Assembly: GCF_009914755.1 (NCBI RefSeq)
Contig: NC_060939.1
Direction: 5' to 3' (one strand)
DNA from: the human T2T-CHM13v2.0 reference genome, Homo sapiens
Length of the DNA stretch: 64,000 bases
A program made the position numbers and the translations under genes. Each line of letters starts with the position of its first letter. The stretch's first letter is position 1. The notes under the pieces are model-generated. The model searched no databases. It saw only the letters and a program-made list of their open reading frames with translations, and had not been told where the DNA came from. This document shows, one piece after another, positions 1 to 12,399 of this stretch.

Positions 1-426
1 CCATTTGATTCTATTCCATTAGTCTCCATTCAATTCCATTAATCTCCATTCCATTCCATTCTACTCCAACTGATTCCATTCCATTCTATTCCTTTCCATT
101 CCATTTCATTCCATTCCATTCCATTTCATTCCATTCCATTCCATTTCATTCCATTCCATTCCATTCGTGTCCATTCCACTCCAGTCCATTCCATTCGTGT
201 CCATTCCATTCTAGTCCATTCCATTTGTGTCCACTGCATTCCATTCCACTCCATTCCATATTATTCCATTACACTCCATTCCATTCTATTACTTTCATTT
301 CCATTCAATTCCATTCCATTTGATTCCATTCCACTCGGTTTCATTCCATTTGAGTCCACTCCATTCCATTCCATTCCATTCCATTCAGATCCATTCCATT
401 CTGTTCCATTCCAATCCATTCCATTC

Positions 427-2211
427 GGTACCATTCCATAGTGTTCCATTCGATTCCATTCGAATCCATTCCATTCCAGTCCTTTCCATTCGATTCCATT
501 CCATTCATTTCAATTCCATTCCATTCCATTCCATTCCATTCCACTTGATTCCTCTCCATTCCCTTCCACTGCATTCCGTTCGATTCCATTCCATTGCATT
601 GCATTCCATTCCATTGGATTGCATTCCATTCGATTCCATTCCATTCGAATCAATTACATAGCAATCCATTACATTCGAGTCTATTCTCTTCCGTTCCATT
701 CGATTTCGTTCCAATCCATTCGATTCCATTCCATTCGATTCCATTCCATACTATTGCATTCCATTCGATTAAATTATATTCGAATAAGTTCCATTCAAGA
801 CCATTTCTTTTGAGTCCATTCTATTTGAGTCCATTCCCTTTGATTCCATAACATTTGAGTCCATTCAATTCCATTCCTTTCGTTTCCATTCCATTTGATG
901 CCATTCCATTCAATTCTGTTCTACTCGACTCCAATACATTCAATTCCATTCCATCCGATTCCATTACATTCTTTTCATTTCTTATCCATTTCAAGCCATT
1001 CCACTCCATTCCATTCCACTCGTTTCCTTTCCATTCGAGTCCATTCCTCTCCAGTCCATTCCGTTCAATCCATTCCATTCCAGTCCATTCCATTCGAGTC
1101 CGTTCCATTCCAGTCCATTCCATTCGAGTCAATTCCATTCCATTCGATGTCTTTCCATAACGATCCATTCCATTCTATTCCTTTCGATTCCATTCCATTC
1201 TATTTCATTCCATTCGATTCCCTTCCATTGGACTCCTTTCCATTCGAGTGCATTCCATTCCGTTCCATTTCTTTCCGTTCTGTACGATTCCTACCGTTCG
1301 ATTTCATTTTGTTCCAGTCCATTCCTTTCGCGTCCATTCCATTCCATTTCACTCCATTCGATTCCATTCCACTCGATTCCACTTTGTTCCATTTCATTGC
1401 ATTCCATTCTATTCAACTCTATTGCCTTCCATTCCATTCCATTCGATTACATTCCATGCGATTCCATTCGAAATCGAATCAATTACATTGCAATCCATTA
1501 CTATTGAGTCCATTTTATTCCAGTCCACTGCATTCTGGTCCATTCCATTTGATTCCATTCCATTCTATTCCATTCCATACAGTTGCATTCCATTGGATTC
1601 CATGCTATATCTATAAATTCAATTCGAGACCATTGCTTTTGAGTCCATTCTATATGATTCCATTCCATTCAAGTCCATTACATTTGGTTCAATTCCATTC
1701 CATTCCATTCCCTTCCATTCCATTCCAGTTGATATCAATCCATTCGATTCCATTCCATTCGAGCACATTCCATTCGAGTCCATTCCATTCGATGCCATTC
1801 CATTTGATTCTATTCCATTAGTCTCCATTCAATTCCATTAATCTCCATTCCATTCCATTCTACTCCAACTGATTCCATTCCATTCTATTCCTTTCCATTC
1901 CATTTCATTCCATTCCATTCCATTTCATTCCATTCCATTCCATTCGTGTCCATTCCACTCCAGTCCATTCCATTCGTGTCCATTCCATTCCAGTCCATTC
2001 CATTTGTGTCCACTGCATTCCATTCCACTCCATTCCATATTATTCCATTACACTCCATTCCATTCTATTACTTTCATTTCCATTCAATTCCATTCCATTT
2101 GATTCCATTCCACTCGGTTTCATTCCATTTGAGTCCACTCCATTCCATTCCATTCCATTCCATTCAGTTCCATTCCATTCTGTTCCATTCCATTCCATTC
2201 CATTCGGTACC
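427..2211 (+). repeat. Representative KpnI-to-KpnI monomer (1779 bp period)
   Basis: GGTACC lies at 427-432 and 2206-2211. The unit also carries one EcoRV site (GATATC 1731-1736) and one CGCG (1329-1332), which recur at the same period. Confidence 0.93.
541..1700 (+). repeat. Diverged internal direct repeat within the monomer (about 541-870 vs about 1369-1700, offset 828-829 bp)
   Basis: Rare non-CATTC landmarks pair collinearly: GAATCAATTACA at 647 and 1476, GACCATT..TTTTGAGTCCATTCTAT at 799 and 1628, CCAT(A/T)ACATTTG at 846 and 1675, CCACT(T/C)GATTCC at 541 and 1369. Confidence 0.85.
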
Positions 2212-5200
2212 ATTCCATAGTGTTCCATTCGATTTCATTCGAATCCATTCCATTCCAGTCCTTTCCATTCGATTCCATTCCATTCATTTCAATTCCATTC
2301 CATTCCATTCCATTACATTCCACTTGATTCCTCTCCATTCCCTTCCACTGCATTCCGTTCGATTCCATTCCATTGCATTGCATTCCATTCCATTGGATTG
2401 CATTCCATTCGATTCCATTCCATTCGAATCAATTACATAGCAATCCATTACATTCGAGTCTATTCCCTTCCGTTCCATTCGATTTCGTTCCAATCCATTC
2501 GATTCCATTCCATTCGATTCCATTCCATACTATTGCATTCCATTCGATTACATTATATTCGAATAAGTTCCATTCAAGACCATTTCTTTTGAGTCCATTC
2601 TATTTGAGTCCATTCCCTTTGATTCCATAACATTTGAGTCCATTCAATTCCATTCCTTTCGTTTCCATTCCATTTGATGCCATTCCATTCAATTCTGTTC
2701 TACTCGACTCCAATACATTCAATTCCATTCCATCCGATTCCATTACATTCTTTTCATTTCTTATCCATTTCAAGCCATTCCACTCCATTCCATTCCACTC
2801 GTTTCCTTTCCATTCGAGTCCATTCCTCTCCCTTGCATTCCGTTCAATCCATTCCATTCCAGTCCATTCCATTCGAGTCCGTTCCATTCCAGTCCATTCC
2901 ATTCGAGTCAATTCCATTCCATTCGATGTCTTTCCATAACGATCCATTCCATTCTATTCCTTTCGATTCCATTCCATTCTATTTCATTCCATTCGATTCC
3001 CTTCCATTGGACTCCTTTCCATTCGAGTGCATTCCATTCCGTTCCATTTCTTTCCGTTCTGTACGATTCCTACCGTTCGATTTCATTTTGTTCCAGTCCA
3101 TTCCTTTCGCGTCCATTCCATTCCATTTCACTCCATTCGATTCCATTCCACTCGATTCCACTTCGTTCCATTTCATTGCATTCCATTATATTCAACTCTA
3201 TTGCCTTCCATTCCATTCCATTCGATTACATTCCATGCGATTCCATTCGAAATCGAATCAATTACATTGCAATCCATTACTATTGAGTCCATTTTATTCC
3301 AGTCCACTGCATTCTGGTCCATTCCATTTGATTCCATTCCATTCTATTCCATTCCATACAGTTGCATTCCATTGGATTCCATTCTATATCTATAAATTCA
3401 ATTCGAGACCATTGCTTTTGAGTCCATTCTATATGATTCCATTCCATTCAAGTCCATTACATTTGGTTCAATTCCATTCCATTCCATTCCCTTCCATTCC
3501 ATTCCAGTTGATATCAATCCATTCGATTCCATTCCATTCGAGCACATTCCATTCGAGTCCATTCCATTCGATGCCATTCCATTTGATTCTATTCCATTAG
3601 TCTCCATTCAATTCCATTAATCCCCATTCCATTCCATTCTACTCCAACTGATTCCATTCCATTCTATTCCTTTCCATTCCATTTCATTCCATTCCATTCC
3701 ATTTCATTCCATTCCATTCCATTCGTGTCCATTCCACTCCAGTCCATTCCATTCGTGTCCATTCCATTCCAGTCCATTCCATTTGTGTCCACTGCATTCC
3801 ATTCCACTCCATTCCATATTATTCCATTACACTCCATTCCATTCTATTACTTTAATTTCCATTCAATTCCATTCCATTTGATTCCATTCCACTCGGTTTC
3901 ATTCCGTTTGAGTCCACTCCATTCCATTCCATTCCATTCCATTCAGTTCCATTCCATTCTGTTCCATTCCATTCCGTTCCATTACATTCCATTCCATTCG
4001 GTACCATTCCATATTGTTCCATTCGATTCCATTCGAATCCATTCCATTCCAGTCCATTCCATTCGATTCCATTCCATTCATTTCAATTCCATTCCATTCC
4101 ATTCCATTACATTCCACTTGATTCCTCTCCATTCCCTTACACTGCATTCCGTTCGATTCCATTCCATTGCATTGCATTCCATTCCATTGGATTGCATTCC
4201 ATTCGATTCCATTCCATTCGAATCAATTACATAGCAATCCATTACATTCGAGTCTATTCTATTCCGTTCCATTCGATTTCGTTCCAATCCATTCGATTCC
4301 ATTCCATTCGATTCCATTCCATACTATTGCATTCCATTCGATTACATTATATTCGAATAAGTTCCATTCAAGACCATTTCTTTTGAGTCCATTCTATTTG
4401 AGTCCATTCCCTTTGATTCCATAACATTTGAGTCCATTCAATTCCATTCCTTTCGTTTCCATTCCATTTGATGCCATTCCATTCAATTCTGTTCTACTCG
4501 ACTCCAATACATTCAATTCCATTCCATCCGATTCCATTACATTCTTTTCATTTCTTATCCATTTCAAGCCATTCCACTCCATTCCATTCCACTCGTTTCC
4601 TTTCCATTCGAGTCCATTCCTCTCCAGTCCATTCCGTTCAATCCATTCCATTCCAGTCCATTCCATTCGAGTCCGTTCCATTCCAGTCCATTCCATTCGA
4701 GTCAATTCCATTCCATTCGATGTCTTTCCATAACGATCCATTCCATTCTATTCCTTTCGATTCCATTCCATTCTATTTCATTCCATTCGATTCCCTTCCA
4801 TTGGACTCCTTTCCATTCGAGTGCATTCCATTCCGTTCCATTTCTTTCCGTTCTGTACGATACCTACCGTTCGATTTCATTTTGTTCCAGTCCATTCCTT
4901 TCGCGTCCATTCCATTCCATTTCACTCCATTCGATTCCATTCCACTCGATTCCACTTCGTTCCATTTCATTGCATTCCATTCTATTCAACTCTATTGCCT
5001 TCCATTCCATTCCATTCGATTACATTCCATGCGATTCCATTCGAAATCGAATCAATTACATTGCAATCCATTACTATTGAGTCCGTTTTATTCCAGTCCA
5101 CTGCATTCTGGTCCATTCCATTTGATTCCATTCCATTCTATTCCATTCCATACAGTTGCATTCCATTGGATTCCATGCTATATCTATAAATTCAATTCGA

Positions 5201-8200
5201 GACCACTGCTTTTGAGTCCATTCTATATGATTCCATTCCATTCAAGTCCATTACATTTGGTTCAATTCCATTCCATTCCATTCCCTTCCATTCCATTCCA
5301 GTTGATATCAATCCCTTCGATTCCATTCCATTCGAGCACATTCCATTCGAGTCCATTCCATTCGATGCCATTCCATTTGATTCTATTCCATTAGTCTCCA
5401 TTCAATTCCATTAATCTCCATTCCATTCCATTCTACTCCAACTGATTCCATTCCATTCTATTCCTTTCCATTCCATTTCATTCCATTCCATTCCATTTCA
5501 TTCCATTCCATTCCATTCGTGTCCATTCCACTCCAGTCCATTCCATTCGTGTCCATTCCATTCCAGTCCATTCCATTTGTGTCCACTGCATTCCATTCCA
5601 CTCCATTCCATATTATTCCATTACACTCCATTCCATTCTATTACTTTCATTTCCATTCAATTCCATTCCATTTGATTCCATTCCACTCGGTTTCATTCCA
5701 TTTGAGTCCACTCCATTCCATTCCATTGCATTCCATTCAGTTCCATTCCATTCTGTTCCATTCCATTCCATTCCATTACATTCCATTCCATTCGGTACCA
5801 TTCCATATTGTTCCATTCGATTCCATTCGAATCCATTCCATTCCAGTCCATTCCATTCGATTCCATTCCATTCATTTCAATTCCATTCCATTCCATTCCA
5901 TTCCATTCCATTCCACTTGATTCCTCTCCATTCCCTTCCACTGCATTCCGTTCGATTCCGTTCCATTGCATTGCATTCCATTCCATTGGATTGCATTCCA
6001 TTCGATTCCATTCCATTCGAATCAATTACATAGCAATCCATTACATTCGAGTCTATTCTATTCCATTCCATTCGATTTCGTTCCAATCCATTCGATTCCA
6101 TTCCATTCGATTCCATTCCATACTATTGCATTCCATTCGATTACATTATATTCGAATAAGTTCCATTCAAGACCATTTCTTTTGAGTCCATTCTATTTGA
6201 GTCCATTCCCTTTGATTCCATAACATTTGAGTCCATTCAATTCCATTCCTTTCGTTTCCATTCCATTTCATGCCATTCCATTCAATTCTGTTCTACTCGA
6301 CTCCAATACATTCAATTCCATTCCATCCGATTCCATTACATTCTTTTCATTTCTTATCCATTTCAAGCCATTCCACTCCATTCCATTCCACTCGTTTCCT
6401 TTCCAGTCGAGTCCATTCCTCTCCAGTCCATTCCGTTCAATCCATTCCATTCCAGTCCATTCCATTCGAGTCCATTCCATTCCAGTCCATTCCATTCGAG
6501 TCAATTCCATCCCATTCGATGTCTTCCCATAACGATCCATTCCATTCTATTCCTTTCGATTCCATTCCATTCTATTTCATTCCATTCGATTCCCTTCCAT
6601 TGGACTCCTTTCCATTCGAATGCATTCCATTCCGTTCCATTTCTTTCCATTCTGTACGATACCTACCGTTCGATTTCATTTTGTTCCAGTCCATTCCTTT
6701 CGCGTCCATTCCATTCCATTTCACTCCATTCGATTCCATTCCACTCGATTCCACTTCGTTCCATTTCATTGCATTCCATTCTATTCAACTCTATTGCCTT
6801 CCATTCCATTCCATTCGATTACATTCCATGCGATTCCATTCGAAATCGAATCAATTACATTGCAATCCATTACTATTGAGTCCGTTTTATTCCAGTCCAC
6901 TGCATTCTGGTCCATTCCATTTGATTCCATTCCATTCTATTCCATTCCATACAGTTGCATTCCATTGGATTCCATGCTATATCTATAAATTCAATTCGAG
7001 ACCATTGCTTTTGAGTCCATTCTATATGATTCCATTCCATTCAAGTCCATTACATTTGGTTCAATTCCATTCCATTCCATTCCCTTCCATTCCATTCCAG
7101 TTGATATCAATCCCTTCGATTCCATTCCATTCGAGCACATTCCATTCGAGTCCATTCCATTCGATGCCATTCCATTTGATTCTATTCCATTAGTCTCCAT
7201 TCAATTCCATTAATCTCCATTCCATTCCATTCTACTCCAACTGATTCCATTCCATTCTATTCCTTTCCATTCCATTTCATTCCATTCCATTCCATTTCAT
7301 TCCATTCCATTCCATTCGTGTCCATTCCACTCCAGTCCATTCCATTCGTGTCCATTCCATTCCAGTCCATTCCATTTGTGTCCACTGCATTCCATTCCAC
7401 TCCATTCCATATTATTCCATTACACTCCATTCCATTCTATTACTTTCATTTCCATTCAATTCCTTTCCATTTGATTCCTTTCCACTCGGTTTCATTCCAT
7501 TTGAGTCCAGTCCATTCCATTCCATTCCATTCAGTTCCATTACATTCCATTCCATTCGGTACCATTCCATATTGTTCCATTCGATTCCATTCGAATCCAT
7601 TCCATTCCAGTCCATTCCATTCGATTCCATTCCATTCATTTCAATTCCATTCCATTCCATTCCATTACATTCCACTTGATTCCTCTCCATTCCCTTCCAC
7701 TGCATTCCGTTCGATTCCATTCCATTGCATTGCATTCCATTCCATTGGATTGCATTCCATTCGATTCCATTCCATTCGAATAAATTACATAGCAATCCAT
7801 TACATTCGAGTCTATTCTATTCCGTTCCATTCGATTTTGTTCCAATCCATTCGATTCCATTCCATTCGATTCCATTCCATACTATTGCATTCCATTCGAT
7901 TACATTATATTCGAATAAGTTCCATTCAAGACCATTTCTTTTGAGTCCATTCTATTTGAGTCCATTCCCTTTGATTCCATAACATTTGAGTCCATTCAAT
8001 TCCATTCCTTTCGTTTCCATTCCATTTGATGCCATTCCATTCAATTCTGTTCTACTCGACTCCAATACATTCAATTCCATTCCATCCGATTCCATTACAT
8101 TCTTTTCATTTCTTATCCATTTCAAGCCATTCCACTCCATTCCATTCCACTCGTTTCCTTTCCATTCGAGTCCATTCCTCTCCAGTCCATTCCGTTCAAT

Positions 8201-11200
8201 CCATTCCATTCCAGTCCATTCCATTCGAGTCCGTTCCATTCCAGTCCATTCCTTTCGAGTCAATTCCATTCCATTCGATGTCTTTCCATAACGATCCATT
8301 CCATTTTATTCCTTTCGATTCCATTCCATTCTATTTCATTCCATTCGATTCCCTTCCATTGGACTCCTTTCCATTCGAGTGCATTCCATTCCGTTCCATT
8401 TCTTTCCGTTCTGTATGATTCCTACCGTTCGATTTCATTTTGTTCCAGTCCATTCCTTCCGCGTCCATTCCATTCCATTTCACTCCATTCGATTCCATTC
8501 CACTCGATTCCACTTCGTTCCATTTCATTGCATTCCATTCTATTCAACTCTATTGCCTTCCATTCCATTCAATTCGATTACATTCCAAGCGATTCCATTC
8601 GAAATCGAATCAATTACATTGCAATCCATTACTATTGAGTCCGTTTTATTCCAGTCCACTGCATTCTGGTCCATTCCATTTGATTCCATTCCATTCTATT
8701 CCATTCCATACAGTTGCATTCCATTGGATTCCATTCTATATGTATAAATTCAATTCGAGACCATTGCTTTTGAGTCCATTCTATATGATTCCATTCCATT
8801 CAAGTCCATTACATTTGGTTCAATTCCATTCCATTCCATTCCCTTCCATTCCATTCCAGTTGATATCAATCCATTCGATTCCATTCCATTCGAGCACATT
8901 CCATTCGAGTCCATTCCATTCGTTGCCATTCCATTTGATTCTATTCCATTAGTCTCCATTCAATTCCATTAATCTCCATTCCATTCCATTCTACTCCAAC
9001 TAATTCCATTCCATTCTATTCCTTTCCATTCCATTTCATTCCATTCCATTCCATTTCATTCCATTCCATTCCATTCGTGTCCATTCCACTCCAGTCCATT
9101 CCATTCGTGTCCATACCATTCCAGTCCATTCCATTTGTGTCCACTGCATTCCATTCCACTCCATTCCATATTATTCCATTACACTCCATTCCATTCTATT
9201 ACGTTCATTTCCATTCCATTCCATTCCATTCCATTCAGTTCCATTCCATTCTGTTCCATTCCATTCCATTCCATTCGGTACCATTCCATAGTGTTCCATT
9301 CGATTCCATTCGAATCCATTCCATTCCAGTCCTTTCCATTCGATTCCATTCCATTCATTTCAATTCCATTCCATTCCATTCCATTCCATTCCATTCCACT
9401 TGATTCCTCTCCATTCCCTTCCACGGCATTCCGTTCGATTCCATTCCATTGCATTGCATTCCATTCCATTGGATTGCATTCCATTCGATTCCATTCCATT
9501 CGAATCAATTACATAGCAATCCATTACATTCGAGTCTATTCTCTTCCGTTCCATTCGATTTCGTTCCAATCCATTCGATTCCATTCCATTCGATTCCATT
9601 CCATACTATTGCATTCCATTCGATTAAATTATATTCGAATAAGTTCCATTCAAGACCATTTCTTTTGAGTCCATTCTATTTGAGTCCATTCCCTTTGATT
9701 CCATAACATTTGAGTCCATTCAATTCCATTCCTTTCGTTTCCATTCCATTTGATGCCATTCCATTCAATTCTGTTCTACTCGACTCCAATACATTCAATT
9801 CCATTCCATCCGATTCCATTACATTCTTTTCATTTCTTATCCATTTCAAGCCATTCCACTCCATTCCATTCCACTCGTTTCCTTTCCATTCGAGTCCATT
9901 CCTCTCCAGTCCATTCCGTTCAGTCCTTTCCATTCCAGTCCATTCCATTCGAGTCCGTTCCATTCCAGTCCATTCCATTCGAGTCAATTCCATTCCATTC
10001 GATGTCTTTCCATAACGATCCATTCCATTCTATTCCTTTCGATTCCATTCCATTCTATTTCATTCCATTCGATTCCCTTCCATTGGACTCCTTTCCATTC
10101 GAGTGCATTCCATTCCGTTCCATTTCTTTCCGTTCTGTACGATTCCTACCGTTCGATTTCATTTTGTTCCAGTCCATTCTTTCGCGTCCATTCCATTCCA
10201 TTTCACTCCATTCGATTCCATTCCACTCGATTCCACTTTGTTCCATTTCATTGCATTCCATTCTATTCAACTCTATTGCCTTCCATTCCATTCCATTCGA
10301 TTACATTCCATGCGATTCCATTCGAAATCGAATCAATTACATTGCAATCCATTACTATTGAGTCCGTTTTATTCCAGTCCACTGCATTCTGGTCCATTCC
10401 ATTTGATTCCATTCCATTCTATTCCATTCCATACAGTTGCATTCCATTGGATTCCATTCTATATGTATAAATTCAATTCGAGACCATTGCTTTTGAGTCC
10501 ATTCTATATGATTCCATTCCATTCAAGTCCATTACATTTGGTTCAATTCCATTCCATTCCATTCCCTTCCATTCCATTCCAGTTGATATCAATCCATTCG
10601 ATTCCATTCCATTCGAGCACATTCCATTCGAGTCCATTCCATTCGATGCCATTCCATTTGATTCTATTCCATTAGTCTCCATTCAATTCCATTAATCTCC
10701 ATTCCATTCCATTCTACTCCAACTGATTCCATTCCATTCTATTCCTTTCCATTCCATTTCATTCCATTCCATTCCATTTCATTCCATTCCATTCCATTCG
10801 TGTCCATTCCACTCCAGTCCATTCCATTCGTGTCCATTCCATTCCAGTCCATTCCATTTGTGTCCACTGCATTCCATTCCACTCCATTCCATATTATTCC
10901 ATTACACTCCATTCCATTCTATTACTTTCATTTCCATTCAATTCCAATCCATTTGATTCCATTCCACTCGGTTTCATTCCATTTGAGTCCACTCCATTCC
11001 ATTCCATTCCATTCCATTCAGTTCCATTCCATTCCATTCCATTCCATTCCATTCCATTCGGTACCATTCCATAGTGTTCCATTCGATTTCATTCGAATCC
11101 ATTCCATTCCAGTCCTTTCCATTCGATTCCATTCCATTCATTTCAATTCCATTCCATTCCATTCCATTACATTCCACTTGATTCCTCTCCATTCCCTTCC

Positions 11201-12399
11201 ACTGCATTCCGTTCGATTCCATTCCATTGCATTGCATTACATTCCATTGGATTGCATTCCATTCGATTCCATTCCATTCGAATCAATTACATAGCAATCC
11301 ATTACATTCGAGTCTATTCCCTTCCGTTCCATTCGATTTCGTTCCAATCCATTCGATTCCATTTCATTCGATTCCATTCCATACTATTGCATTCCATTCG
11401 ATTACATTATATTCGAATAAGTTCCATTCAAGACCATTTCTTTTGAGTCCATTCTATTTGAGTCCATTCCCTTTGATTCCATAACATTTGAGTCCATTCA
11501 ATTCCATTCCTTTCGTTTCCATTCCATTTGATGCCATTCCATTCAATTCTGTTCTACTCGACTCCAATACATTCAATTCCATTCCATCCGATTCCATTAC
11601 ATTCTTTTCATTTCTTATCCATTTCAAGCCATTCCACTCCATTCCATTCCACTCGTTTCCTTTCCATTCGAGTCCATTCCTCTCCCGTGCATTCCGTTCA
11701 ATCCATTCCATTCCAGTCCATTCCATTCGAGTCCGTTCCATTCCAGTCCATTCCATTCGAGTCAATTCCATTCCATTCGATGTCTTTCCATAACGATCCA
11801 TTCCATTCTATTCCTTTCGATTCCATTCCATTCTATTTCATTCCATTCGATTCCCTTCCATTGGACTCCTTTCCATTCGAGTGCATTCCATTCCGTTCCA
11901 TTTCTTTCCGTTCTGTACGATTCCTACCGTTCGATTTCATTTTGTTCCAGTCCATTCCTTTCGCGTCCATTCCATTCCATTTCACTCCATTCGATTCCAT
12001 TCCACTCGATTCCACTTCGTTCCATTTCATTGCATTCCATTCTATTCAACTCTATTGCCTTCCATTCCATTCCATTCGATTACATTCCATGCGATTCCAT
12101 TCGAAATCGAATCAATTACATTGCAATCCATTACTATTGAGTCCGTTTTATTCCAGTCCACTGCATTCTGGTCCATTCCATTTGATTCCATTCCATTCTA
12201 TTCCATTCCATACAGTTGCATTCCATTGGATTCCATTCTATATCTATAAATTCAATTCGAGACCATTGCTTTTGAGTCCATTCTATATGATTCCATTCCA
12301 TTCAAGTCCATTACATTTGGTTCAATTCCATTCCATTCCATTCCCTTCCATTCCATTCCAGTTGATATCAATCCATTCGATTCCATTCCATTCGAGCAC

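Noticed and set aside
1466-1482. Heat-shock element at TTCGAAATCGAATC
   Set aside because: A canonical HSE needs alternating nGAAn units spaced as TTCnnGAAnnTTC, and TTCGAA lacks the 2-nt spacer. HSF1 stress-body binding is best established for chromosome 9 HSat3 and cannot be inferred here.
895-1821. Recurrent 308-aa + strand ORF (MMPFHSILF...), full-length in about 29 of 35 units
   Set aside because: (CATTC)n has no stop codon in any + frame and translates to FHSIP repeats, so long ORFs are expected. There is no recognisable domain. Several copies are broken by stops or frameshifts (units 5, 6, 8, 10, 13, 19), and indels come in multiples of 5 rather than 3. Only Ribo-seq or proteomic evidence would revive it.
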